Of a stretch of 62,128 bases of DNA, positions 1-10,098 are shown piece by piece. Positions within the stretch are counted from its first letter, which is position 1. Every line of letters begins with the position of its first letter. The stretch comes from an uncultured Bacillota bacterium (GTDB lineage Bacteria; Bacillota_I; Bacilli_A; RF39; UBA660), in NCBI GenBank assembly GCA_946626905.1, contig CAMOVA010000002.1, forward strand, positions 1-62,128, in the 5' to 3' direction. The position numbers and the translations under genes are program-made. Under the pieces are notes generated by a model. The model was not told the DNA's origin. It saw only the letters and a list, made by a program, of their open reading frames with translations, and made no database searches.

Positions 1-216
1 ACTAATCCTTTTGATATACAACAAGAAGTAACAGAACAAGCAGCAACTGATGATATGCCAGCAGTTGACGAATCACCAGTTTCAAATGAAGAAATTAGCA
101 ATGATATTGAATCTGCTTTTGATTTCGATGATAATAATGATATGGAAAACATATTAAATAATAAAAAAGAAGAAGAACAACCAGAAGAAGAACTAGAAGA
201 TATCTGGAAATTCTAA
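1..216 (+). CDS. 3' end of an unidentified CDS with a highly acidic C-terminus (...EEEQPEEELEDIWKF*)
   Basis: Frame 1 is open from the window edge to the TAA at 214-216. There are no recognisable motifs. Confidence 0.4.
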   Translation, partial: TNPFDIQQEVTEQAATDDMPAVDESPVSNEEISNDIESAFDFDDNNDMENILNNKKEEEQPEEELEDIWKF

Positions 217-332
217 AATGTCAAGTGTGTATAGGTTTACACACTTTTACTATTTGTTTACAAAAAATTTTCAAATGTGTTTAATTTCTAAAATTATTGT
301 GATATAATTTTAAAAAGAATAGGGGCGATATT

Positions 333-1163
333 ATGACTTTTGCAAGTATAACAAGTCTAATCACTAAACTACTAGATGTTTTATTGGTTTGGGCAGCTTT
401 TTATTACATATTAAAGAATTTAAGAAAAAATGTAAAAATGGTTTTACTATTTAAAGGAATGCTAATAATTATAATTATGAAAATTGTTAGTGATAAGCTA
501 AATTTAGTAACTATTGGATATATATTAGATTATGTTATTACATGGGGACCATTGGCTTTAATTGTCATTTTCCAACCTGAAATTAGAAATGTTTTAGAGT
601 ATTTAGGAAGAAGTCAATTATTAGGTAGACATAAAGTTTTATCTGTTGATGAAAGAGAAAAAGTGGTTTATGAAATAACTAACGCTATGGATTATCTAAA
701 GAAAGCTAGGATTGGTGCGCTTATTGTTATCGAAAGAGATAACAGTTTAAGTGACTATATTGAAAAATCTAAAAAGCTTTATGCGGATATTTCATCAGAT
801 TTACTTATTGCAATCTTTTTCCCAAATAATCCACTTCATGATGGTGGAGCAATTATTCAAGGAGATAAAATAACAAGTGCGGGTGCTGTTTTCCCTACTA
901 GTGAAAGTATGAAAATAAGCAAACGTTTAGGAACAAGACATAGAGCAGCTTTAGGTATATCTGAGAAAGGAGATTGTTTAGCTTTAGTAGTATCTGAAGA
1001 AACAGGTAGACTTTCTATAGCTATGAATGGAGAATTACATTATAATCTTACTTTAGATGATGTAAAATTAACTTTACTTGAAGAGTTAAGACCTAAGAAA
1101 TCTATTATTATGGATGAAGAAGAAGAGGAGGAATTAATTAATGAAGATGTTGAAAGCAATTAA
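333..1163 (+). CDS. cdaA: Diadenylate cyclase CdaA (three N-terminal TM helices plus DAC domain)
   Basis: DAC-domain motifs DGGAIIQGDKI and GTRHRAALGISE. Hydrophobic N-terminus. A YbbR-type gene follows. Confidence 0.9.
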   Translation: MTFASITSLITKLLDVLLVWAAFYYILKNLRKNVKMVLLFKGMLIIIIMKIVSDKLNLVTIGYILDYVITWGPLALIVIFQPEIRNVLEYLGRSQLLGRHKVLSVDEREKVVYEITNAMDYLKKARIGALIVIERDNSLSDYIEKSKKLYADISSDLLIAIFFPNNPLHDGGAIIQGDKITSAGAVFPTSESMKISKRLGTRHRAALGISEKGDCLALVVSEETGRLSIAMNGELHYNLTLDDVKLTLLEELRPKKSIIMDEEEEEELINEDVESN

Positions 1164-2496
1164 GCAATTTTTCCTATCAATATGGAGTGTTATAGATAAG
1201 ATTATTGTTATGCCAATAACTAAACTTATTTATAAATTAACTTCAAGATTAAGTGATTCAAGTAAAAGAATTGAAAATTGGTTATCAAATGCTAACTCAT
1301 TATTATTTATATCATTGGTATTAGCAGTTATTGCCTTTATTGCAATAGATGTTAAAAAAATAACATTTACTGATACAAATGCAGAAGTATTAAAAGATCA
1401 AGAGTTAATAGCAACTTATAATGAAGAAGCATATGTTGTTGAAGGATTACCTGAGACTGTAGATGTAACATTAATTGGTAGTAAAACAGATCTTTATATA
1501 GCAAAACAATCATCTACACATGATGTTACAGTTGATTTAACAGGACTAAAACCAGGAACACATAAAGTAAATATTAATTATAATCAAAATGTAGGAAATA
1601 TACATTATATGGTTAATCCATCTACTGTTACAGTAGTAATATATCAAAAAGTTTCAAAAACAATGACATTAGATGTAGATATGGTTAATCAAGATAAATT
1701 AGATAAGAAATTAACAATAGATGATATGTCATACGATAATGATAAAGTAGTTATAAAAGGCGCTGAACATCAATTATCTGAAGTATCATCAGTAAAAGCA
1801 ATTCTAGATGTTAATGAATTCCCAGAACAAAAAGCTGGAAATATAACAGTAGAAAAAGTACCATTAAAAGCTTATAATTCAAAAGGAGAAGTAGTGGATG
1901 TTGAAATAGTACCTTCTACTATAGATGTTGATTTAAAACTATCATCTCCAAGTAAAGAAGTACCAATAAAAGTAATTCCAGAAGGAAATGTTGCTTTTGG
2001 TAAAGCTATAAATGCTATTTCACAAAGTTCAACTAAAGTAACAGTATATGGACCTGAAAAAGTATTAAATTCAATTTCGTCTATCCCTGTTAGTATAAAT
2101 GTTGATGGTTTAAAAACAGATAAAGAATATAAAGTTGAATTAAGCAAACCAGTTGGTGCAAGATCATTATCAACAAGCAATATAACAGTAAAAGTATCAT
2201 TAGGTGATGTAGCAAATAAAGACTTTAATAATATAAATATTGAATCAAGAAATCTAGCTGATGGATATAGTGTACAGGGAGTTGATGAAAAATCAACAAA
2301 AGTAGCTGTAACTGTAAAAGGTGTTCAATCAGTAATAAAGACTATAAAAGAAGAAGATATAACAGCTTACATAGACTTAAGTGGTTATACAGCAGGAGAA
2401 TATGTTGTTAAAGTTAACGTAGAGGGTTCAGATGTACGTGCTATGTATGAATCAAAAACTCAAAACGTTAAAATAAAAATAATAAAGAATAAATAA
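1141..2496 (+). CDS. cdaR: CdaA regulatory protein CdaR (YbbR-repeat protein)
   Basis: N-terminal TM helix followed by repeated beta-rich YbbR-like modules. It overlaps the cdaA stop, as in the canonical cdaA-cdaR operon. Confidence 0.8.
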   Translation: MKMLKAIKQFFLSIWSVIDKIIVMPITKLIYKLTSRLSDSSKRIENWLSNANSLLFISLVLAVIAFIAIDVKKITFTDTNAEVLKDQELIATYNEEAYVVEGLPETVDVTLIGSKTDLYIAKQSSTHDVTVDLTGLKPGTHKVNINYNQNVGNIHYMVNPSTVTVVIYQKVSKTMTLDVDMVNQDKLDKKLTIDDMSYDNDKVVIKGAEHQLSEVSSVKAILDVNEFPEQKAGNITVEKVPLKAYNSKGEVVDVEIVPSTIDVDLKLSSPSKEVPIKVIPEGNVAFGKAINAISQSSTKVTVYGPEKVLNSISSIPVSINVDGLKTDKEYKVELSKPVGARSLSTSNITVKVSLGDVANKDFNNINIESRNLADGYSVQGVDEKSTKVAVTVKGVQSVIKTIKEEDITAYIDLSGYTAGEYVVKVNVEGSDVRAMYESKTQNVKIKIIKNK

Positions 2497-2520
2497 ACAT
2501 ACTATTAAGTATGTTTTTTT
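2496..2520 (+). terminator. Rho-independent terminator after cdaR
   Basis: Stem AACATACT/AGTATGTT with a 4-nt loop, followed by a T-run. Confidence 0.6.
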
Positions 2521-2542
2521 ATTGTAAAATGAATAAAAAATA

Positions 2543-2571
2543 TTGACATGAATATAATTATTGTGTATAAT
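2543..2571 (+). promoter_or_regulatory. SigA-type promoter of the infC operon
   Basis: TTGACA (2543-2548), 17-nt spacer, TATAAT (2566-2571). Confidence 0.6.
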
Positions 2572-2717
2572 TTATAGCGAAGTCAAAAAAGAGGAAAGCG
2601 ATGTATCCACATCCACCTGATTGCGCAAAGCTTTAGGTAAGAAGCCATTAAATCTAATATTTAATATGCTTTTAAGTGGATACATTATGTATTCACTTTT
2701 TTATGGAGGTGTGAGAT
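2572..2717 (+). ncRNA. infC-rpmI-rplT leader (L20-leader-type attenuator)
   Basis: A ~145-nt untranslated leader in the position of the Firmicute L20 leader. GTATCCAC (2603-2610) can pair with GTGGATAC (2676-2683). That pairing is mutually exclusive with a terminator hairpin AGTGGATACA/TGTATTCACT (2675-2697) followed by a T-run. Confidence 0.5.
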
Positions 2718-3248
2718 ATCGCAAATAAAAATAAGGAATTGTATATTAATGAACAAATTCGTGCTAAAGAGGTAATGGTTATTGGACCTAATGGAGAACA
2801 ATTAGGTATTAAAAATATTAAGGATGCTCTTACTTTGGCGTCTTATGCAGGTTTCGATTTAGTTTTAATTAGTCCAAATGCAAATCCACAAGTTTGTAAA
2901 ATAATGGATTATAATAAATTTAAATATGAATCAAAAAAGAAACAAAAAGAAAATATTAAAAAGCAAAGAGAATCTAATTTGGAAGTAAAAGAATATAGAC
3001 TTTCTGTTACTATCGATAAACATGATTTTGATACTAAAGTACGCAATTCATCTAAATATTTAGAAAAAGGTCATAAAGTTAAAGTGTCTGTAAGATTTAA
3101 GGGTAGAGAATTAGCGCATCCAGAATTAGGTAAAGATGTTTTACTTCGTTTTGCTGAAGAAGTAAAAGAAATAGCTAACATTGATCAAAAACCTAAATTA
3201 GAAGGTAGATTTATGACTATGATGCTTATACCAAACAAGGAAAAATAG
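2718..3248 (+). CDS. infC: Translation initiation factor IF-3, probable non-AUG (ATC) start
   Basis: INEQIRAKEVMVIGPNGEQLGI matches the IF-3 N-domain. The ORF track starts at TTG 2739. However, the in-frame ATC at 2718 lies 8 nt after GGAGG (2705-2709), directly follows an in-frame TGA, and restores the usual I-A-x-K N-terminus. Confidence 0.8.
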   Translation: MANKNKELYINEQIRAKEVMVIGPNGEQLGIKNIKDALTLASYAGFDLVLISPNANPQVCKIMDYNKFKYESKKKQKENIKKQRESNLEVKEYRLSVTIDKHDFDTKVRNSSKYLEKGHKVKVSVRFKGRELAHPELGKDVLLRFAEEVKEIANIDQKPKLEGRFMTMMLIPNKEK

Positions 3249-3258
3249 GAGGATTATT

Positions 3259-3453
3259 ATGGCAAAGAAAACACAAAGAACACATAAAGGTATTGCTAAA
3301 GTTTGTAAAGTAAGACCTGGTGGAACAATTAAAATAGGAACACCTGGTTCAAGACATAATACAGGTAAAAAGAATGCTGCTTCAAATAGAAAAAGTAGAG
3401 CAGGTTCATTATTAACTAATTCAGATTATAAAAGATTAAAAGATTTAATATAG
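3259..3453 (+). CDS. rpmI: 50S ribosomal protein L35
   Basis: 64-aa basic protein between infC and rplT, with an AGGAGG RBS. Confidence 0.9.
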   Translation: MAKKTQRTHKGIAKVCKVRPGGTIKIGTPGSRHNTGKKNAASNRKSRAGSLLTNSDYKRLKDLI

Positions 3454-3466
3454 TAGGAGGAATAAT

Positions 3467-4024
3467 ATGACAAGAGTTAAAGGCGGAACAATTCATCGCG
3501 CTAGAAGAAAAAAAGTAATGAAAAGAGCCAAAGGTTATTTTGGTTCAAAACATAGATTATATAGAACAGCTAAAGAACAAGTTATGCATTCATTAAAATA
3601 TGCATATAGAGATAGAAGACAAAAGAAAAGAGATTTCAGAAAATTATGGATTACAAGAATCAATGCTGCTTGTAGACAAAATGATATAAGTTATTCTAAA
3701 TTCATCAACGGTTTATCTATAGCAGGAGTTACTGTTAACAGAAAAATGTTATCAGAAATAGCTATTGATTCACCAGAAAACTTTAAATCATTAGTTGATT
3801 TAGCAAAAGATGCTTTAAATGGTAACTTAAAAGAAGCTAAAGCAGAAACTAAAAAAACTGTAAAGAAAGAAACTGTTAAAGCTGAAACAAAAAAAGCAGA
3901 AAAAAAAGAAGATAAAGATTTATCTAAATTAACAGTTGCTGAACTTCGTGAAATGGCTAAAGCTAAAGGAATAGCTGGTATATCTTCTATGAAAAAAGCA
4001 GAATTATTAGATGCATTAAAATAA
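3467..4024 (+). CDS. rplT: 50S ribosomal protein L20 with a ~67-aa C-terminal extension
   Basis: The L20 core (MTRVKGG...[19 protein letters not shown]...) ends near residue 118. It is followed by a K/E/T/A-rich linker and [33 protein letters not shown]. Confidence 0.9.
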   Translation: MTRVKGGTIHRARRKKVMKRAKGYFGSKHRLYRTAKEQVMHSLKYAYRDRRQKKRDFRKLWITRINAACRQNDISYSKFINGLSIAGVTVNRKMLSEIAIDSPENFKSLVDLAKDALNGNLKEAKAETKKTVKKETVKAETKKAEKKEDKDLSKLTVAELREMAKAKGIAGISSMKKAELLDALK

Positions 4025-4052
4025 AAGATAAGTAAAACTTATCTTTTTTTTG
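4024..4052. terminator. Bidirectional terminator between rplT and the convergent SLT gene
   Basis: Stem AAGATAAGT/ACTTATCTT flanked by an A-run and a T-run. Confidence 0.6.
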
Positions 4053-5100
4053 TGCTTAAATATGATGTGTTTTTTATAGTTGTTTTTGAAGTATCATTTA
4101 AACTTCTAACACATAATGTAGTATCATCTTTTAAATAACTAAGTACATGTTCTATATATTCATTATCTCCGCCATTACTACTTTTTATTAAATCAATGCA
4201 TTCATTAAAATTAGAACTATTTTGAATGCATTTACTTACGATTCCAATACCTTTATTGTATCCAAATATTGTTGCAATCAAGCATTCTTTTTTATTAAGC
4301 TTGTTAGAAAAATTATTACATATATAATTATAATAATTGTTGAATATCATACATCCTATTTTAATTCCATATTCATCATTATTATTAATTTCATTTATGT
4401 TGATAATTTGTTTTTCAAAATTATTTGTATCAAAGTTATATGCGGTTACTTCACAATTGTTCCATATTGATTCCACTTGCATTAATCCATGTCCACCAAT
4501 ATTACTATAATTTTTTAAATTATTTTTATTTTCTTGAGTTATAATAGCCATAACTAAATTGGGATCAAGTCCATACATTTTAGAATACTTGTCAATATAT
4601 AATCCATATTTTTCATATATTTGATAATCGTTATTTGAACGATCTTCATAGTCAAGAAAATAAGTTGTATCTTCATCAATTGTTTGTTCAATATTTTCTA
4701 TTTCATTTGAATCATTACTTTCATCATAAGTAAAATCATCTAGACTATTTTCTGCTTCAACATTAACATTTTGAACAACTTTTATTTCTGATTTAGGATT
4801 AATAAAAGAAGAAATAACATATATAAATGCCGCACCACTTAATACGGCAACCCCTTTAAATTTATTATTATGAGTTATAGTAGAATTAGGAATAGGGGCA
4901 TAATTTTTAATGAAAGTTTGATCATCAATAATTTTATCATTTCCTACTTTTTTAATTTGTATATTATTTAATCGATATTGTTTTGTGATAAGATGAGTTT
5001 CTTGTTTGCTGGTTGTTTTAATTAATTTATTATTGTGATATATTTTATAGAATTTAATTTTACCATCTGTGACAATCATTTTAATTATGTATTTATCCAT
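4039..5100 (-). CDS. Membrane-anchored lytic transglycosylase (SLT domain)
   Basis: AIITQENKNN...GGHGLMQV matches the SLT catalytic-Glu and GLMQ motifs. One central TM helix (GVAVLSGAAFIYVISSFI) and an acidic linker. Confidence 0.7.
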   Translation of the reverse strand: MDKYIIKMIVTDGKIKFYKIYHNNKLIKTTSKQETHLITKQYRLNNIQIKKVGNDKIIDDQTFIKNYAPIPNSTITHNNKFKGVAVLSGAAFIYVISSFINPKSEIKVVQNVNVEAENSLDDFTYDESNDSNEIENIEQTIDEDTTYFLDYEDRSNNDYQIYEKYGLYIDKYSKMYGLDPNLVMAIITQENKNNLKNYSNIGGHGLMQVESIWNNCEVTAYNFDTNNFEKQIININEINNNDEYGIKIGCMIFNNYYNYICNNFSNKLNKKECLIATIFGYNKGIGIVSKCIQNSSNFNECIDLIKSSNGGDNEYIEHVLSYLKDDTTLCVRSLNDTSKTTIKNTSYLSTKKR

Positions 5101-5335
5101 AAAAATTCATCCATTCTTTATCAATTAAATCCCATTCTTTTTGTTCTAGAGGGATTAAGGTGATTTCATTACTATTATTTATAGTATATTTACTAGCGTT
5201 TACTTCTAGTTTATTGTCATCAGTTTTTTTACCTGTTGTATAAATAATATATTTATTATCACCTAAATTAAATGTATGAAGTATATCACAGCTTATAATT
5301 TTACCATCTATTTTAGTACTGAAACTTCCTAGCAT
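5093..5335 (-). CDS. DUF1292 (UPF0473)-like small protein
   Basis: 80 aa with the DUF1292 pattern (...ILHTF..GDNKYIIY...LIPLEQKEWDLIDKEW). It overlaps the start of the SLT gene by 8 nt. Confidence 0.5.
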   Translation of the reverse strand: MLGSFSTKIDGKIISCDILHTFNLGDNKYIIYTTGKKTDDNKLEVNASKYTINNSNEITLIPLEQKEWDLIDKEWMNFYG

Positions 5336-5486
5336 ATTATCACCTAGTATAATATTATCATATTTTTTTTATAAATGAAATATTCTAGAAAAAAATAAAA
5401 AAATCTGCTATAATTTTAGATAATAGGAACATTAAATTTCTACAAAATTATTAAAAAATTGTAATATACTAAATAAGGAGGTTTAT

Positions 5487-6686
5487 ATGGATATAAATGA
5501 AAAACAAAATATATTAATTAAAAGATTGTCTGTTTTACTTGGGGTAGTATTTGTAATTATAATAGGTATAGTTATATGGCTTTGTTATGACAAATTTTAT
5601 AATAAGCCAAAATCTACAAATAAAATAGAAATTCAAAAAACAACAACTGTATCTTCTGATGGAGAAACAAAAATTATAGATGTATCAGATGTCGTTTCTA
5701 ATGCGATGCCTTGCATAGTTGCAATTACATCTAAAACTAAAGTAACTAGTCCATATGGACCTTATTACTTTGGTTACAATAAAGAACAGTATTCAACAGG
5801 TGCGGGTTCTGGAATAATTATTAATAAAACAGATAAAGAGTTAATGATTTTAACTAATTATCATGTTATAGAAGATGCAGAAAAACTAACTGTTCAATTT
5901 ATAAATAATAAAAGTGTTGATGCTAGTGTAATAGGATCTTATGAAACACGTGACATTGCTGTTATAAGTGTAAAACTATCTGATTTGGATGGTGACACAA
6001 TTAAAAAAATTAGAATAGCTACACTAGGTGATAGTACAAAACTAAAAGTAGGAGAAGGAATAATCGCAATAGGTAATGCATTAGGTTATGGACAATCTGT
6101 TACAACTGGAGTAATAAGCGCATTAAATCGTGAAGTTACAATAGATAAAACAACAAATAATATGATTCAAATAGATGCTGCTATAAATGGAGGAAATAGT
6201 GGAGGAGCACTTCTTAATAGTAAAGGAGAAGTAATAGGTATTAATTCAGCTAAATATTCTAATAATTCTTCAAGTGGATCAAGTATAGAAGGTATGGGAT
6301 TTGCTATTCCTATTTCTGATGTTGAAGAATTAATAAATAAAATATTAAATGGTGAAACATTAAGTGAAAAAGAAAGAGGATATTTAGGAATTAGTGGTTA
6401 TATGATTACTAAAGAATATAGTAATTATTATGGAATACCTATGGGAATATATATTAGAGAAATATCTTCTAATAGTAATGCAGAAAGTGCTGGATTAAAA
6501 GTAGGAGATATTATTACTAGTGTAGAAGGAACTAAAGTGACAAGTTTTTCTGTATTAAGTGAAGAATTAATAGATAAAAAAGCTGGAGAAAAAATATCTT
6601 TAGTTGTTAAAAGTAAGGAAAATAATGGCTACAAGGATAAAGAAATAAAAGTTGTTTTATCTAATTATGATGACGTTAATAAGTAA
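5487..6686 (+). CDS. htrA: HtrA/DegP-family serine protease with PDZ domain
   Basis: N-terminal TM helix. Catalytic-triad context TNYHV, RDIAVI and GNSGGALLN. C-terminal PDZ-like segment. Confidence 0.85.
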   Translation: MDINEKQNILIKRLSVLLGVVFVIIIGIVIWLCYDKFYNKPKSTNKIEIQKTTTVSSDGETKIIDVSDVVSNAMPCIVAITSKTKVTSPYGPYYFGYNKEQYSTGAGSGIIINKTDKELMILTNYHVIEDAEKLTVQFINNKSVDASVIGSYETRDIAVISVKLSDLDGDTIKKIRIATLGDSTKLKVGEGIIAIGNALGYGQSVTTGVISALNREVTIDKTTNNMIQIDAAINGGNSGGALLNSKGEVIGINSAKYSNNSSSGSSIEGMGFAIPISDVEELINKILNGETLSEKERGYLGISGYMITKEYSNYYGIPMGIYIREISSNSNAESAGLKVGDIITSVEGTKVTSFSVLSEELIDKKAGEKISLVVKSKENNGYKDKEIKVVLSNYDDVNK

Positions 6687-6731
6687 TTATATATAATTGA
6701 AAAAACACTTAAAAAGTGGTATACTTATTAA

Positions 6732-8825
6732 GTGAATATTGAGGTGATTATTTTGGAAATCAAAGAAGATATTAAAAATCATATAAATAAATCTGAAATA
6801 AAAGAGAATATTACTGATTTTGTTAAATCAACAAAATCTTGGTCAAAGAAATATATGAGTACAAATATTTTATTTATGACATTTGTAATAACATCATTAA
6901 TAAATGGTTATGTACTTAGATATTTCACTGTAAAAAACTATTTTAATATAAAACCAATAGTGGCAGACTTTTCAATAATTTTAATAATAGGTGCTGCTGG
7001 ATATTTGTTTAAACCAAAACATCAATTTAAATACTTTTTTACATGGTCAATTATTTTTACACTTATTTGTATAGTTAACTCAGTATATTATACAAATTAT
7101 ATATCATTTGCTTCATTATCTTTACTTAAATCATCAACACAAGCAGTGGGTGTTAGTGATGCAATTATTCAAAATATAATGGAGTTAAAGGATTTTTGCT
7201 TCTTATACCAATTAGTCGCAATGATCTTTGTACATAATTTTTTAAAAAGAAAAAAATACTATCAAAAAGTTTCTAAAATTGAAAAAGGTAAAGTAAGAGC
7301 TATTAATACATTAGTAGTTGGAGTAATTTTTTTAGGACTATTTATTTCAATGCTTACTGCTAAAGATCTTAGTAGATTAGGTAAACAATGGAATAAAGAA
7401 TCTATTGTAATGGAATTTGGTATTTATACATATCAAGCAAATGATGCACTTACAACTTTAAAAACTTCTCTTAATCCTTTATTTGGATACGAAGATAGTT
7501 CAAAAGAGTTTGCTGCATTCTATGAAAATAGAGAAGATAAATCAACAGTTAATAAATATACTAATAAATTTAAAGGTAAAAATGTATTAGTTATACATGC
7601 TGAAAGTATTCAAAATTTTGTTTTAAATACAAGTTTCAATGGTGAAGACGTTGCCCCTAATTTAAAGAAAATGGCAAGCGAAGGATTATATTTTTCTAAC
7701 TTCTATTCAGAAGAAAGTGTAGGAACAAGTAGTGATACAGAATTTACTTTCTCATCATCATTAATGCCAGCTAAAAGTGGTACTGTATTTATGAATTATT
7801 CAGATAGATCATATGTTACTACACAAAAAATGTTAAAAGAACAAGGTTATTATACATTTAGTATGCATGGAAATAACTGTTCATTCTGGAATAGAGCAAA
7901 CGCTCATAAAAGTTTAGGTTATGATGATTTCTATTGTCATAAAAAAGATTATAAAATAGATGAAACAATAGGACTTGGATTATCTGATAAATCATTCTTT
8001 AGACAATCAGTTCCTATAATAAAAGAAATTGATAAGAAACATAAAAATTGGTATGGTACTTTAATAATGCTTACTAACCATACACCATTTACTGATATTG
8101 ATAAGCATAGTGATTATAAAGTAACTAAAACTTATGAAGTAGTAAATGAAAAAACAGGAAAAACTGAAACAAAAGAAGCTCCTTATTTAGAAGGAACTAC
8201 AATAGGAAGTTATTTTAAATCAGTTCATTATGCTGATGAAGCATTAGGTCAACTTATGAATGATTTAGATGAAGAAGGACTTCTTGATAATACAATCGTA
8301 GTTATTTATGGTGATCATGACAATAAATTAAAAAAATCAGAATATAATAAATTTTTAAATTATGATGCCGAAAATGATACAACACTTGATAGTGATGATG
8401 AAGGATACACTGATGTTGATTATTATTACTATGAGTTAAATAGAAAAGTTCCATTTATAATTTGGTCAAAAGATAAAAAAATGAAAAAAGAAGTAACTAA
8501 AGTAATGGGTATGATAGATGTTCAACCAACTTTAGGAAATATGATGGGATTTAAAAATAAATATGCTTTAGGTAATGATATATTTAGTATTGAAGAAAAT
8601 ACTGTAGTATTTCCAACTGGAAACTGGCTTACAGATAAAATGTATTACAGTCAAAGTAAGGGTGAAGGTAAATTATTACAAGAATCAGAAACACTATCAA
8701 AGAACTATATAGATGAACATACAAAATATGCAGATAAACTTATTTCAGTTTCAAATGATATCATTATATATGATATGATTAAAAAATATGAAGCTTCACA
8801 TCAAGTAGAACAAGAGAATAAGTAG
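6732..8825 (+). CDS. ltaS: Lipoteichoic acid synthase family protein (LtaS, sulfatase domain)
   Basis: Five TM helices followed by an extracellular sulfatase-type domain, at typical LtaS length. An alternative TTG start at 6753 sits behind GAGGTGAT. Confidence 0.8.
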   Translation: MNIEVIILEIKEDIKNHINKSEIKENITDFVKSTKSWSKKYMSTNILFMTFVITSLINGYVLRYFTVKNYFNIKPIVADFSIILIIGAAGYLFKPKHQFKYFFTWSIIFTLICIVNSVYYTNYISFASLSLLKSSTQAVGVSDAIIQNIMELKDFCFLYQLVAMIFVHNFLKRKKYYQKVSKIEKGKVRAINTLVVGVIFLGLFISMLTAKDLSRLGKQWNKESIVMEFGIYTYQANDALTTLKTSLNPLFGYEDSSKEFAAFYENREDKSTVNKYTNKFKGKNVLVIHAESIQNFVLNTSFNGEDVAPNLKKMASEGLYFSNFYSEESVGTSSDTEFTFSSSLMPAKSGTVFMNYSDRSYVTTQKMLKEQGYYTFSMHGNNCSFWNRANAHKSLGYDDFYCHKKDYKIDETIGLGLSDKSFFRQSVPIIKEIDKKHKNWYGTLIMLTNHTPFTDIDKHSDYKVTKTYEVVNEKTGKTETKEAPYLEGTTIGSYFKSVHYADEALGQLMNDLDEEGLLDNTIVVIYGDHDNKLKKSEYNKFLNYDAENDTTLDSDDEGYTDVDYYYYELNRKVPFIIWSKDKKMKKEVTKVMGMIDVQPTLGNMMGFKNKYALGNDIFSIEENTVVFPTGNWLTDKMYYSQSKGEGKLLQESETLSKNYIDEHTKYADKLISVSNDIIIYDMIKKYEASHQVEQENK

Positions 8826-8834
8826 GAGGATAAT

Positions 8835-9038
8835 ATGGGAGATATAAATTTCTTTTTACAAGAACATTGGCAATATATAATAATAGCTATTGCTGTTATG
8901 TTAGTTGTTTATTCATTATTCTATAATCAAATTAATTTTATTGATTTTAACGAATCAGATTCATTTTCTATCCCATTTAGAATAGCAATTTTAATAGGTG
9001 GGATATTCCTATTCGTTAGGATATTCTTAAACAAATAA
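8835..9038 (+). CDS. Small membrane protein, unknown function
   Basis: 67 aa with two hydrophobic helices and an AGGAGG RBS. Confidence 0.4.
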   Translation: MGDINFFLQEHWQYIIIAIAVMLVVYSLFYNQINFIDFNESDSFSIPFRIAILIGGIFLFVRIFLNK

Positions 9039-9042
9039 GATT

Positions 9043-10098
9043 ATGGAAAATATTTATAATTATATAGAAAAATATGGCAACTGTAGTTTTAAAGAAAAGA
9101 AATTTAATGAAATAGATAATATATTATTCTCTAGTTTATCTTATTTAAATTTTAATGATAATTATGAAATTAACACATTAGAATTTATAGGAAAAGATTA
9201 TTTAAGCAAAAATAAATATAGAGATGTTTCTAAAATGGGTATTGCTCAAAAAGAAGCATATAAATTATTAGAAACTGTTATTACTAAAGATAGATATAAG
9301 AATATTCTTTTAACTGACTATGTTTATAAAGTAGGTAGGGATATTCAATTTAGTGCGGTTACTTTTAACATTTCAAAAAAATTGAAATATATATCATTTG
9401 AAGGAACAGATGAATTAATTAGTGGTTGGAAAGAAGATGCATGGATGTCATGTAAATTTCCTATTTTATCCCAAATTGAAGCTATTAAATATGTTAATAA
9501 GCACATTAAATTTTTAGGACCAGATGTTATTATAGGAGGACACTCAAAAGGTGGTAATCTTGCTTTAGTATCATGTATGTTTTTAAACAAATGGAAATTT
9601 CTTAAAGTAAAAAAAATATATAATAATGATGGACCTGGTCTTAGACCTAATGAATTTTATACTAAAAAGTATAGAAAAGTTCGTAAGAAACTAATTCACT
9701 TGGTTCCTAACTATAGTATTATTGGAGTACTACTTAAAAATGATAAATATAAAGTAGTTAAATCAAATAGAAAAAACATAATGGCTCATTCAATATTAAC
9801 ATGGCAAGTAGAAGATGATCATTTTACATTAACTGAGTTATCAGAGAAAAGTAAAAATTTAGAAGCTAGAATATTAGATTGGACAGAAAGACATTCTGAT
9901 AAAGAAAAAGAAAAAATGATAAACGCATTATTTAGTGCAGTAGAAAAATGTAATATTGTTAAAACAAATGATATGTATAGTTTAAAAACTATAATTAGTT
10001 TAATAAAAGAAATAAATCAAATTGATATTGAAACTAAGAAATTAATGATTGAATTATTAAATTATGGTTTCTTTTCAAAAAAGAGTATTAATAATTAA
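9043..10098 (+). CDS. Mbeg1-like / DUF2974 alpha/beta-hydrolase-fold protein
   Basis: GGHSKGGNLA nucleophile elbow at typical DUF2974 length. Confidence 0.6.
   Translation: MENIYNYIEKYGNCSFKEKKFNEIDNILFSSLSYLNFNDNYEINTLEFIGKDYLSKNKYRDVSKMGIAQKEAYKLLETVITKDRYKNILLTDYVYKVGRDIQFSAVTFNISKKLKYISFEGTDELISGWKEDAWMSCKFPILSQIEAIKYVNKHIKFLGPDVIIGGHSKGGNLALVSCMFLNKWKFLKVKKIYNNDGPGLRPNEFYTKKYRKVRKKLIHLVPNYSIIGVLLKNDKYKVVKSNRKNIMAHSILTWQVEDDHFTLTELSEKSKNLEARILDWTERHSDKEKEKMINALFSAVEKCNIVKTNDMYSLKTIISLIKEINQIDIETKKLMIELLNYGFFSKKSINN

Noticed and set aside
333-2496. Absence of glmM after cdaA-cdaR, considered as a notable operon truncation.
   Set aside because: cdaR ends at a clear terminator and the infC promoter follows. 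glmM may simply be elsewhere, and this cannot be evaluated from the window.
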